Under the pieces are notes generated by a model. The model was not told the DNA's origin and ran no database searches. It worked only from the letters and a program-made list of their open reading frames with translations. From assembly GCA_963575745.1 (NCBI GenBank), contig CAUYUJ010000103.1, forward strand, positions 248,001-312,000: a stretch of 64,000 nucleotides of DNA. Reading direction: 5' to 3'. A program made the translations under genes and the position numbers. This stretch comes from Prorocentrum cordatum (Eukaryota). Below, in pieces: positions 33,400 through 44,789 of this stretch (position 1 is the first letter of the stretch; every line of letters begins with the position of its first letter).

Positions 33400-36300
33400 A
33401 CCCGGCGGTGGACAACGCGATGAATTCAAAGGGAAGGGGGAAGGAGGGGGAACCGAGTCAGTGCTGGAGGTTTGTTGCGACTGGCTCTCGCCGCCATGGA
33501 AGGGGTCGCCGGGGTGGCGGGGGGGGGGGCGGGCGGGGGGGGGGGCGCTCCTTGGCGCCCGCGGCGAGGGCAGCTGGCGCGCAGCGGCAGTCTCGATGGC
33601 GTCGGCGCCGCGGGCGGGGGCGGCGGTTTCGATGCCGCGCCTCCACGTGAGAGCGCATTTATAAACGCTTCCTCTGCGGCGGCTTACGCCCGCCCCTCGC
33701 GCGCGTTCCCATCGCGCCCCCCGGGGGAGGACACCGCGGGCAATGAGAATGTCGCCGGGCGACGCCTTCGCGTCTGACCCCAGGTGGGCAAGAGACAGAG
33801 AGCAGCGCGATGACGCGAATCGGGGCCTAGCTAACGACAAGGCTGCTAAAACGGAAGAAGACGCACGGCGTCTATGGACCAATTAGGAACGATGCTCAGA
33901 CGGTGCCTTTTCCGACGCCTGCCGCGACTCGGAGGGCGATTGCGTCGCTGCGTCTGCGCGGAGAACCTTCGACGCAACGTGCGTTAAACGAGCTGGCCCG
34001 GCTCGTCTGGGCCACGCGCGTTTTGTTATTCGCGCAGGGTGCGGATTTAATTTGATAGCTGCGCGCTTTCGAGAGCCCCGGCTAACAGACAGGATCAAGT
34101 CTTTGCGAACGCATATAACCCTCGACCCCGCTGGGGGGGCGAGCGCAGGCTCTCGGCGCCGTGAAAATCGCGAGCGATGAGCCGTGCGGGGGGAGCATTT
34201 GGGCCATTGTCATGCCGGACGCGGCGAGCGTGATATCGGTGGGTGAACTCTGCGTTGACCGCGACCACAGATTCAACGCCGGCGGAGACCCGGCGGAGCC
34301 CCGCGCCTACTTCTACCAAGTGGAGGACGTCTTGACCTGACAGTGGATGGCAAGATCCCGTGCAGAACCATGGAAGGCAGAGGGGCCCTGGGTCAGGTAG
34401 ACGAGGAATCTCCCGGGGGCCCGGCAGGGCTGGCGCGGTGGGCTTGCGTTGAGACTAGCGCGAAGATCTTCCTCGGCGATCCTGTGAAGGCGGGGGCCGT
34501 CCGCCCCAGGCGATCAGGCATCGCGCAACCTTTCAAATGCGCTCGCAAATGGCCATTGCCGAGGTCGCGCATCCCGACGGAATGAAGGGAATGAGAAGCT
34601 CCGGCGCTGGGGGAAGCAGCGCCTCAACCGTGGCGGGGCCAAGCGGTTTTGACGCGCTCGCTTATTTCTAACATTTATGTGCCCCAGCTGGCAATCGAAC
34701 AGGGCTGGGGAGGATCCGGCACCTGCTGCGCCGGCAATACTTACTCGCAAGACGAATTCTCTGGAGACGGTGTCTCAGGAGATGTCAAAAGAGAAAGAAC
34801 GGCGCGACGAGAGTGCCGCGTTCCACGGCCGTGCCTGCCCCGGGCGACGTCGATGTCGCCAAGGTAGTGCCTGGCGGAATAGCAATCGTCGACGTGGTCG
34901 ACGACTTCGGCGAAAATTGCCCAGAAGATGAGGATGGCGCCGATTCTGGGGGGTGCGACATCATCTGATGAGTTGAGGTTGGAAGCGATCTCCCGCCGGC
35001 ATCTGCTTGCGCATTCGCGGAGACATCCGCGCCGCCCCGCGCGGCGGCGGGCGCAGACGTCGCGGGCGCAACGGCGGCAAAAGTATAACGAGAACGGGAT
35101 CGGCGAAGTTCGGGGGATTGCGCACCGCGGGCCACTGGTTCGCGGCCGACGCATTCTCGAGGGGGCTCTGCGGAGGAACCTCGCGCGCGACGCTGCGCGA
35201 CCGGTTTGCGGCGGGTTTCCTGGCGAGCCAGGGTGCCCGCGGTGAGTCGGACGAGCACGTTGTCGAATTGTTGACGCTTCGCGTATCCCCACCAGCCCAT
35301 CCAGAAACGATGCTCAGGGGAGTTGAGGTGATCAGGGAAGTCGGGGAGCATGCAGAATAACAAAGGGCGGGGGAAGCTGTCACAGACCCCGAGAGGGGGA
35401 GGATGGAAGAGGAGTCGTCGTCGTCGTCGTCGTCGTCGTCGGAGGAGGAGGAGGAGGAGGGGGAAGAGGAGGAGGAGGAGGAGGAGGAGGAGGACGGAGA
35501 AGGAGGAAGAATCGGAGGAGGAGGAGGAGGAGGGGAAGGAGCTTCTTGGGGGTCTTTTGAGGGCCTCTTGGAGGGCTTTTTGGGCGCCTTGGGGCATCTT
35601 GGGCGCCTCTTGGGACCCTCTTGAGGCGCTCTGGGGAGCCTTCGGGGCGCTTTTGGGGCCATCTTGGAGGGAGTCGATCAAACAAGAGGGGGGGTTTAAT
35701 TAGCGCCCCCCCTCGGAAGCCCCTAAAATCGCCTCTTGGACCCCTCTTGGAACGCTCTTGGAGTGCTCTTGGGCGCTCTTGGGGCCGTCTTGGGGCTCTT
35801 TTGGGGCTCTCTTGGGGCCCTCTTGGGCCATCTTGGAGCCATCTCCAGGCCTCGGATGGCCATCGGAAGCGAAAAGGCGAGAAAGCAAAAATCATTGATT
35901 TTCCTTAGGTTTTGGGACGATTTTGGCCTCTTCGGGGCCTCCTTGGGGAGCTGTTTGGCCACTTGGAGTTATCTTGGGGCCGTCTTTGGGCTTCTTGGAA
36001 CCATCTTAGGAGCCATCGTGAGCGATCTTGCGCTATCTTGAGCCATCTTGGAGCTCATCTTGGGTTCTCTGAGGCGCTCTTGGAGCCGTCTTGGGCCATC
36101 TTGGACGCTCTAACTACCCGCGGCCCCCCCCGTCCAGGTCCAGGGGAGGGGGTAGGGGGAGGGGTAAACCCCTCCCCAAGGGGGAAGAGGGAGGGGTGGA
36201 AGAGGATCTGTTCTAGACCACCTACGCCCAGAGGGCTGGTGGGATTCCTGGCCGATCTGTGCGCGCCGCGTGAGCACTTCTCGTTTATTCGCGCAGATGC

Positions 36301-38890
36301 GGCGACTGAGCTCAGGAAGGCGCGTGAGTTATTCGACGTGCACCCCTTGGGCGAGTCAATGACCGCTCGCGATTCGATCCAACCGGCCAGCGAGAAACAG
36401 GGCTTCGTAGGGGGCGGGGCCAATGGGATTGTGCAGGACGGGGCCAGAACGCTTCTGATGACCGCAGGGCTACCTGCCCCATGCCGAGCGCATGCTGCGC
36501 TATTCTTCTGCTTGTGCCATTGCGCGCGGCAGCGGGGCGCAGGCGAGTCGCCGTGGAAGAAGATTCGGGGCCCCCTTCGACCCCCACTTCGCGCCCTTCG
36601 GGTCGGCGGCGAAGTCCTCGCTGCCGCCCGATGCCCGCCGCCTGGGATTTACTCGCGGCGGGGGGCGGGCGCGGCCCGACCGGCGTGCCTCATGATCAGC
36701 TGGGGGGCTTGACTTTCAAGACAGCCATGAGAACGGACGGGGAACGGCCCGTCGTCGATAGGTCCGAACAAATATGGACTGACGCCAGCGCCGAAGCAGG
36801 CGTAGACACAAACGCTCGTGGGATTGCGGACAACAGGCCGGCAGGTGCGATTTTTCTTCCTTTTCCAAAAGGCATGCGATGAAGCGTCTGTGGCGGCTCC
36901 ATCGATCAACTCGGGGGATCTCCTCGCCGGCGACCGCGTCGCCTGTGGAGGACTTGCCGAGATCCCGGGCGGTGCGCAGCTGTCTCGGGGGCGTTTCGCT
37001 CCGTCGAGCGAGGCGACCGCGCGCGGCGGATCTCGGCCGCCTCCTGCCCGCGACGACGGCGCGGGAGAGGTGGCGAAGCACCGGGCGGATAGGGGCCAGG
37101 CTGATGACGAGGGCTCATCAGCGCCGCCCCCCCCCCCTGCGGGGGCCCGCCAGGCAGCGCGTCGTAGCCAACTGAGCGCCTTGGCGGGTGCGCTGGCTCA
37201 ACGAAAAGTCATTCTCGCTGGACAAACGCACTTCCTCCTGGCGTCGGATCGCGGGGAACCGAAAGCAGAGCTGAGAATGGCTCGTTCGACCCAGAACTTG
37301 GCGACAGGAGAGCACTTCGAACATAATGCCGCGGCGGTGGGAATGACGCCGGAAGAACAAACGCAACAGCATCCCCTCGCTGGAAAAGACAACGGGGCGC
37401 AAATACGCGACGCGTCGATGTCCAGCGGCGTCGATGCATTCGACCCTGTATGCGGCGACGCGACGTTGAGGGCGTGCGCGGAAGGACTCTGCCAACCCAG
37501 ATGTGCACGCTAACCGGCGGTGGAATCAGCTGCGGGCTTGCCCGAGGTTTGCAGACGAGGCCTGGCATTTATCGTGCTGGGTGCTCACAATCTCATAGGA
37601 ACGAAACGGCTGAACATGCTGATGTTGAGCACCGCGAAGGAGCCAGTGGCTCTGGGCCGGACAGAGGTTCCTCGACTTACAGCGAGACCGCCGAGGAGCG
37701 CGCAGGCTTGACCTGTTCGGCTGCGACTGGAAGGCGCAGCGTTCCACGCAGGCCCTCGCGGGCGCGAGATGCACGCTGCCTCGTTCTTAGAGAGAAGGAA
37801 CCGAGTCTACGACCACGTTGCGGCCCCTTCACGGACAATGCCTGTCAATGTGCGGCTTCCAGCGTCTGTGGGATTCGGCCCGAATTAGTTGCCGACCGGT
37901 CGGCGGGCGCATGCGTGGCAAGGCCAGCGACAAAGCAGAAACTGCCAGCCACGCGGGCGCAGTGGCCGCCTTGGGCAGGGAGTGGGATCGCCTGCGCGAA
38001 ATCAACACGTGGGAAGAAGACGAGGTCATGGAACTGAGGGGGGCACGTAGAAATATGAAAGGACAGACCTTTCACGCGGGGCGACTATCCGCCAGTCTTG
38101 TCGAGAAGAACGCGGCGCTTCACGGTGAACACACGGGGGGTAAATTCAAGGGGCGCTTCGTTTTCGACGGCTCTGATGTAATTTATCAACGCAAAGATGT
38201 AGCATTATTCCAGGATTCCAGGAGTTGTCTCCCTGCCATGCCACGATGCAGGCTCGCGGGGCTGCCGACTCCTACGGGCTGTTTCCGGCTCGCGACGCCC
38301 AGCAGACGGATGCGCGACAGGCGCGCGCGCGCAATTGGCATTAGGAGGGGCCCTAACTTGGGCGAGACTTCCCAGGGATGCCTGGCCACCACGTTGGCAG
38401 GGGATGCGCGGCCCCGTGCGCCCGCTGAGGATAGCTCTGCGCAGGCGCCTGGACGCTGGTTGGCACTGGGGGCAACTGTGTGAAACGCGCGCGCTACCGA
38501 CAGGATCCGCGCCGAGGCAATCTTGACGAAGCTGCCATTGCCACCCGCATCTTAAGTTATTCCTGATAGTACTCGCTGGCGACTGCAAGCTTGCAGGTCC
38601 AGCCGACAAAATTCAGGATGGGGTCTCATCCTAGGCCCATCCGAGTCGGCGCCGAATGGCGTCGAGATGGGAGATCCGACCGACTTGGGGGGATATCTTT
38701 GATGCGAACATCGCGCGTCTGATCGTTGGATCGATTGGCTGGGGGGGGATCTGACAGCGAAGGGTCCTCTTCCTGAATCGGAAAAGAAGACGCCGCGGCC
38801 GCGGTCGAGTTTGGTTATGAGGATCACTCCTACCTGGTGCCAATTGGCCAGCAAGTTCGGGCCAGGTACGACGCGCGCGCTCGACGTTGC
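33400..38890 (+). mobile_element. Heavily decayed Ty1/Copia internal region (gag Zn finger, PR, IN, RT remnants); ends not found
   Basis: QCWRFVATGS (gag finger remnant, ~33460); RFVIRAGCGFNLI and ASVISVGELC (protease remnant, ~34018-34280); EAISRRHLLAH (IN HHCC remnant, ~34980); DGARTLLMTAGLP (IN core, ~36440); EWDRLREINTWEE, KFKGRFVFDG, WARLPRDAWP, LKLFLIVLAGDCKLAGP (RT, ~37980-38600). The order PR-IN-RT is the Copia order. Confidence 0.75.
35268..36246. mobile_element. Non-autonomous Helentron/Helitron2-like element inserted in the decayed integrase
   Basis: Subterminal atccccaccagccc (35285-35298) is inverted to terminal gggctggtgggat (36233-36245). There is a hairpin ggggaggggt-aa-acccctcccc (36156-36177). 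Removing the element restores gtcgaattcctggccgat (VEFLAD), implying insertion at TT with no long TSD. Confidence 0.65.
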
Positions 38891-39872
38891 AAGTTGTTTG
38901 TGTATATATATATAAATACATATGTATGCACATCTATATATGTATATACATACACATATACACATTCCAACCCCTGAAAGATTCTGCTGGTGACGGAGGC
39001 GGCGACGCCAGCAGGCCCTCTCACCAGGAACGCGCGCGGACCGTAGATGACCAGCGCGCTCCCGACTCCCATGTATTGTTGGAGGGTTTGCATGATTATA
39101 TTTTCATTGGCGGAACGTGTTCCTTGCCCGAAGGGCTCGTGAGCGAAGTGCAGATCCATATCCAAGACGTCCTCCACGACTGCGCAGACATGGCGCGTCT
39201 GGCGGCCGGGGTTCTGGCGCCGCATGGTTTGCGGTCTTGCGATGGCGACGGCGAGCTTCGCAGAGCACGCATGCATCACTACGGCGGCTTGTTCTGCTCA
39301 TCTGCGTTCCTGTTCGAGGGTCGGAGGATGGCGTTGAGGACTTCGCGTCGTTTTCAGGTATCGCCCGTGCCCTTTTTTTGCTGCCCTCTCGGCTGTGCGT
39401 TTTGTTTTCGTTTTCTCGTGGGCAGCTTGCTTTCTCTTTTTCGCTTTCCGGATTGCCTTTACTGTTCTGTCGATGTTATACGAAACAGCTGTAGTATTCC
39501 CACATGTATGATGCTCTGATGGTCATGTCTGCTTTTATATGTAATCGGATCAGCGTGCCTCTAACGGCGGGTTTCTTCCTCCTTCTCCTACTCTTCCTCT
39601 TCCTCCTGCTCCTTCTCGGCCCCCCCGGCCCCCCCCCTGCTCGCCCCCCCTCTTTCTTCGTCTACATGTAGGAAGAGGAGGGGGAAGAAGAGGGGGGCGA
39701 GGAGGAGGGGCGCAGACGATATGAATGGTGACAGGGATGCTACTAATAATGGTGGTATTATTTCCTGTTGTAACTAAGAAGAAGACTTATGCGAACACGA
39801 CGAATAATAGTTTTACGAACAAGACGACCGATGGGACACATAACGCGAATACTCACGCTACTAGTATTGTTC

Positions 39873-39959
39873 GTAGTAGTAGTAGTAGTAGTCGTAGTAG
39901 TCGTAGTAGTCGTAGTAGTCGTAGTAGTGTTAGTGTTAGTAGTAGTAGTAGTAGTAGTC

Positions 39960-40008
<49 letters not shown>

Positions 40009-40019
40009 TAGTAGTAGTA
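39873..40019. repeat. (AGT)n microsatellite
   Basis: Direct inspection. Confidence 0.95.
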
Positions 40020-40382
40020 CGATACATAGAAACACCAGCAAGCATCGTGGTCGCCATACTAAGAGTACTCACGCTCGTATTGCTTATCCGAGGGGTGCGG
40101 TCATAACGTATGGTACTACCTCCCATGTTAAGAACCGCCCTACCAGTAATACCACTGACAAGAACAGTATTGTCATCGCATGCGAATGCTATTGCCGATG
40201 CTGCGGCTGATGATATTGATGGAAATATTTGCAATCAGCTAACCACAACAACTGAATACCACTTCTAATGCTGCGCGTGCCGCAATGAATATGGCTAGTG
40301 AGAAGAACCCGGCTACTGGGAACATTTTGAATGCGAAATATACGATCATTTTTAAGCATGTGGGGAGGATGCCGCAAACAAC

Positions 40383-40820
40383 AGGAGGAGGGAGGGAGGG
40401 GAAGGGCGACGAGGAGGAGGGGGGGGGGAGGAGGAGGAAGAGGAGAGAGAGGATGAGGAGGAGGAGGAGGAGGAGGAGGAGGAGGAGGGGGCGGAGGAGG
40501 AGGAGGCGGAGGAGGAGGAGGAGAAGAGGGGGGGGAGGGGCAGGAGGAGGAGGAGGAGGAGGTGGAGGAGGATGAGGAGGAGGAGGAGGAGGAGAAGGAG
40601 GGGGGGGCAGGAGGAGGGGAGGACGGGGAGAAGGAGGAGGAGAAGGAGGAAGAGAAGGAGGAGGAAAAGGAGGAGGGGGGGGGAGGAGGGGGGGGGGAGG
40701 GGGCGGGAGGAAGAGGGGGGGGGAGGAGGAGGAAGAGGGGGGGGAGGAGGAGGATGTGAGGAGGAGGATGTAGAGGAGGAGGGCGAGGACGGGGAAGAGG
40801 AGGAGGAGGGGGGGCAGAGG
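40383..40820. repeat. (GGA)n/purine-rich low-complexity tract, the target of the LTR element; continues at 50814-50985
   Basis: The same composition is seen on both sides of the LTR element. Confidence 0.85.
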
Positions 40821-40825
40821 GCGAG

Positions 40826-41001
40826 TGTGAATGCGTGCCATATTTTCACCGACAGGTTTAGCTAGTGGACGTATATCCTTGATTTGCGGTAGTGTGTGTA
40901 CTATCGTTCGTACTGTTGCATGCGCAGGACAGTGCGAGTGCACCGTGGTTCGCACGTTGGCTCAAGTCTAAAAACCTTTGACTGCCGCTGCTGCTGCCGC
41001 A
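40826..41001 (+). repeat. 5' LTR
   Basis: tgtgaatgcg...gctgccgca; 10 substitutions versus the 3' LTR by manual count. Confidence 0.96.
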
Positions 41002-41003
41002 GT

Positions 41004-41020
41004 TGGTAGCGGAGCGGTGG
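41004..41020 (+). promoter_or_regulatory. Primer-binding site, probably initiator Met tRNA
   Basis: TGGTAGCGGAG starts 2 nt after the LTR and resembles the TGGTAGCAGAG complement of eukaryotic tRNA-iMet 3' ends. Confidence 0.8.
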
Positions 41021-41135
41021 AAGCCTCGGGGCCAGGGGTTCCCTGACTGCGCGCCAGCATGGCGAGCGGCACGGGAGCTCGGCGGCTCTGAGGCGACCTC
41101 CGCGCCGAGCAGGCCGATTGGCGCGGTTCCACGGC

Positions 41136-44100
41136 ATGACAGGGGAAGAGGACAAGAGCGGCGAGGGGTTCGCCGGGGCGGTGATCACTGGGCCAGAGGG
41201 ACAGCCGAGTGCAGCCACCGCGGGCTTGACGACCGAGCAGCTGAAGGAGATGATCGCCGGAGTAGTCAGGGAGACTATGCAGTCGGCGACCGCTTCGAGA
41301 GCAGCCGCGCCATGCCAACCAGGGGAAGGAACTCGGGATCCTCGGTCAGCAGCAGCGGGCAACATCAAGAAGGATCCCAACGACAAGAACGAGAAGGACG
41401 GCAACATGAAGGACAACGAGCTCGACCAGGATCAGGTCGACGCCAACTGGGCCAGCGACGGCTGGAGCCGCGATGACGGCTGGGGCTGGCACAACTCCTC
41501 GGGCTCATCAGGCAGAGGAGACTTCTCCGACCCGCCAGCATGGCCAGGCTGGAGTCACTACAGGCAGCGGCGCGAAGCTCTGACGCGCTGGGACACAAAC
41601 ACCGACGTACAAGTGTGGCGCAGAGCAGAGAAGTTCCTCAAGTTATTCGATTGGGGCATGCAAGCCAAGTTCGAGGATATCCCAGAGGCAACCCTCAGCA
41701 GCAACAAGTGGCTCGAGACGGTGATTGGTCGCATGGACATGATGATTGGAGAACGAGAAGGGGGCCATCTCCGTCGCACAGGACGCAACGCACTGTTCGA
41801 AGCTAGTCGTGATCCAAAAGAGACTCTCATCCAGTTCGTCAGTCGAAGGGAGGCTCAACTTCAAGAAGCCGAGGGTCACGACATGTGGTTATCATCCAAG
41901 CTGAAGGGACTTCTACTCGAGGAGGGGGCTGGGCTCACGCCTCAAGGCCTCCAAAACTTGCGCGCTCTCACGCGGGGGCAGCTCGACTATGAGAGCGTTT
42001 CGTGGGCGCTGAGGCAGATGGGCTCCACTGGCGCTGAGCGCCTGTTGCCTGGCCGAGTTTCTCTAGGCACAATGCACGTTGCCGGCGGCGCTGAGGACGA
42101 AGAGCCCAGTGCCGACGGCATGCATAAGCATCAGCCCTACTCCTCCACTCCCTCCGGTGGTTTCAACGGTGCTGCCGACGAGGACTTGGAGGATCTCGAT
42201 GAAGAGACTGACGACGAGGAAGAAGAATATGATCAGATGGATGAGGCAGCTATCATGGCAGAACTGGAGGATCTCGACCTCTACGAGGATCAGGTCGACG
42301 AGGCGCTAGCAGCCATCGCCACGCGCCCAGTCAACAGGACCTGGAAGCAGAACAAAGACATCAAGCGTGCAGCAAAGAAGGACCGCGAATACTTTGGAGG
42401 TCGTGCTCGAGCATCCGAGGCCAACGTCCCGCCACCACCTCGGCTCTCACCTCAGGCCCGTCGAGACGATCGCGGGCGAGGACGTGGGGGCCGGGGCAGA
42501 GGGCGTGACCGGGACCAGAGGCCAAGGAGGTTTACCAAGCTGACTTTGGAGCAGCGCATGAAGGTTACCAAGTGCAAGCTTTGCCACCATAAGGGCCACT
42601 GGGCTCGAGAGTGTCCTACCAACAACGGCGGCAGCAGGACAGACAGGCAGAAGCTCTCGGCCTACACCTTCACCGGAGGAGTGTTTCTCGAGGGCAAGTC
42701 GGTCACCCAGGAGGCGATCGAGGACTGGGAGGAGATCGAGGAAGAGCTCAACCAGGACGATGCCTTCATTGTCACGCGCCCGGTGCAGGGCCTGGTCGAC
42801 CCCGGGGCGGGCAGCGACCTGGTGGGGGTGAATGCTCTCAACCGGGAAGCTCGTGCCCTAGCAGAGGTCGGGCTCAGGTACGTGGAGGTGCCAGCCGACC
42901 TCCGTCGACCACGTGCCGCTCGCGGAGTCGGGGGGGCTGCAAGAGTAGCGAGCGCTGTTCTTTTTCCCATCTGCGTGGCAGGAGTGCTTGGGATCGTCGA
43001 GACAACAGTGCTCGCCGAAGAAGTTCCACATATTCTCAGCGTGAATCTTCTGGATTTCCTGGGCTGCGTGATAGATTTGCCGAGCAATGTCACGCAGTCG
43101 TCTCGGTTGGGCGCAGAGATCCCGGTGACGAAGCTGGGGTCCGGCCACAGGATGGTAGATATCATCCAGAAGTTGTCGGATTCAGTCGTGCCCCAGTCCG
43201 CTCTCGAGAGTTCTCCGTATCTGACTCCAGATGCTATTCAATACAAGAAGGGACCTGTGCAGGTGATGTCTGTCAAGGGGCAGATCAAGAGTTACATGGT
43301 CACCTCCCTCATCCTAGCCCTTATCACGATCAGCATCATCCAGGCCCTAAGGGGCCACAACAACACCATCAAGGGTAAGAACAGGTCCGTGAGGGCCATG
43401 CACAAGCGGATCAACTGCAACGGGCATCTCGGGAAGATCAGGCAGGGCGTCGTCATAGGGGCCCTGATCGGCCTCATCGGGAAGTACGAGTCTAGGGCTC
43501 AGCAGGCCTCGATCGCTAGATCACATCAGTCAACTAAGGACATCGTCAGGCTCCACAAGAGACCAAGGACCAACCGGGGGGCCAGGAGCAGTCAGCATAA
43601 CCAAACCAACAACAGCAGCAGAGTCTTGGGGCTGGTAGCATCCGTAGCCACTTTTGGCTCGAGCCTTTTCAACTCTCAGCGATCTCCGAGACGTGCCGCA
43701 CACCGAGTGGCAAGACAATTCGCATTCAGCAGCAATCGAGACGATGCACCTAGTCGTTGCTGCAGCGGTGCTGGCTGTTGTTATGACAGCAGAGGCGGGT
43801 CCCAAGAAGAAGCCAGCGGCTCAGGAGCTGAACGAGGAGAGGCTCAGACAATTACGTGGAGCAGCTCAGACCGAGACTGGACCCGGTGGCGGGGGCGCTC
43901 CCGACACGTCCGCAGACGAGAGCGCAGTTGGAGCCGCTATCCAGGCGGGACTGCTACCCACCATGCACGAGGCGACGGCAGCTACGTTGCCGGGGACGGC
44001 CACTGCCCAGGCGGCTGCGGCGGCAGCGACGACTCTTCCGACCGTGCCCGGTCCGCCCATGTCATTCGGACCAGGCGGGGCCGCAGCGGCAGCGGCCGCT

Positions 44101-44789
44101 CACACAGCTGCCCCAGGTCAGCCCGGGGCTTTCAGTCCCTACGGTTGGGCGCCCATCAAGCCACCACCGAAGCCAGCAGTAAAGCCTCCTCCGAAGCCAT
44201 TTCCATATCCACAGACGACGGGCTGTCCCGGTGCTTCCGAGTCGGAGGAGGATCCAACGATTCAAGTACCAGACGGGCCATGCAGCTGTCCTCAGGGCCC
44301 AACTCTGAAGTACTACGGAAACCAGTACGGATGGGGATCCAAGTGTCGGAGGTGCAACCGCCGCCCTCAGTGGATCCCGCGCGGCGAAGTCCACCCTCCG
44401 GGAGACCGTCCCGAGTCAGCGGCCGAGGCAGCCAGGCGGGCAGCCGAGTCAGCGGGCCGCGCAGTGGAGATGCTGCAGAACAGTCCGCAGTTCATCGAGG
44501 GCTCGGCAGCACTGAACACGGTGAATGGGCTATACTCGCTACTTCAAACCCTACAATGGCAGCTACACGACCTGCCGGAGGGTGTCAAGGCCATGAAGGG
44601 GATACAGTCGGTGGTGGACCAGATGATCGAGTACGCTACTCAACAGCAGCCCCTCATGACCAGCCAGGTCGAGGGGCCTGCAGCAGATCTACCAGAGCGT
44701 CACTCACATCCGCCGAAGCCTGGGAACCTTCGAGGTGCTGGGGGACACTGTCGACTCAATCCATGAGAGCGTCGGGCGCATCCAGGTAG
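41136..44789 (+). CDS. gag: Gag-protease polyprotein frame
   Basis: DPPAWPG gag N-terminal motif, CCHC knuckle CKLCHHKGHWAREC (42573-42614), aspartic protease LVDPGAG (D at 42798) and PHILSVNLLDFLG; the frame stays open through the overlapped region. Confidence 0.88.
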   Translation: MTGEEDKSGEGFAGAVITGPEGQPSAATAGLTTEQLKEMIAGVVRETMQSATASRAAAPCQPGEGTRDPRSAAAGNIKKDPNDKNEKDGNMKDNELDQDQVDANWASDGWSRDDGWGWHNSSGSSGRGDFSDPPAWPGWSHYRQRREALTRWDTNTDVQVWRRAEKFLKLFDWGMQAKFEDIPEATLSSNKWLETVIGRMDMMIGEREGGHLRRTGRNALFEASRDPKETLIQFVSRREAQLQEAEGHDMWLSSKLKGLLLEEGAGLTPQGLQNLRALTRGQLDYESVSWALRQMGSTGAERLLPGRVSLGTMHVAGGAEDEEPSADGMHKHQPYSSTPSGGFNGAADEDLEDLDEETDDEEEEYDQMDEAAIMAELEDLDLYEDQVDEALAAIATRPVNRTWKQNKDIKRAAKKDREYFGGRARASEANVPPPPRLSPQARRDDRGRGRGGRGRGRDRDQRPRRFTKLTLEQRMKVTKCKLCHHKGHWARECPTNNGGSRTDRQKLSAYTFTGGVFLEGKSVTQEAIEDWEEIEEELNQDDAFIVTRPVQGLVDPGAGSDLVGVNALNREARALAEVGLRYVEVPADLRRPRAARGVGGAARVASAVLFPICVAGVLGIVETTVLAEEVPHILSVNLLDFLGCVIDLPSNVTQSSRLGAEIPVTKLGSGHRMVDIIQKLSDSVVPQSALESSPYLTPDAIQYKKGPVQVMSVKGQIKSYMVTSLILALITISIIQALRGHNNTIKGKNRSVRAMHKRINCNGHLGKIRQGVVIGALIGLIGKYESRAQQASIARSHQSTKDIVRLHKRPRTNRGARSSQHNQTNNSSRVLGLVASVATFGSSLFNSQRSPRRAAHRVARQFAFSSNRDDAPSRCCSGAGCCYDSRGGSQEEASGSGAERGEAQTITWSSSDRDWTRWRGRSRHVRRRERSWSRYPGGTATHHARGDGSYVAGDGHCPGGCGGSDDSSDRARSAHVIRTRRGRSGSGRSHSCPRSARGFQSLRLGAHQATTEASSKASSEAISISTDDGLSRCFRVGGGSNDSSTRRAMQLSSGPNSEVLRKPVRMGIQVSEVQPPPSVDPARRSPPSGRPSRVSGRGSQAGSRVSGPRSGDAAEQSAVHRGLGSTEHGEWAILATSNPTMAATRPAGGCQGHEGDTVGGGPDDRVRYSTAAPHDQPGRGACSRSTRASLTSAEAWEPSRCWGTLSTQSMRASGASR

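Noticed and set aside
38960..39330. RNase H of the decayed Copia or a host exon
   Set aside because: Open frames exist on both strands but I could not recognise catalytic motifs; left unassigned.
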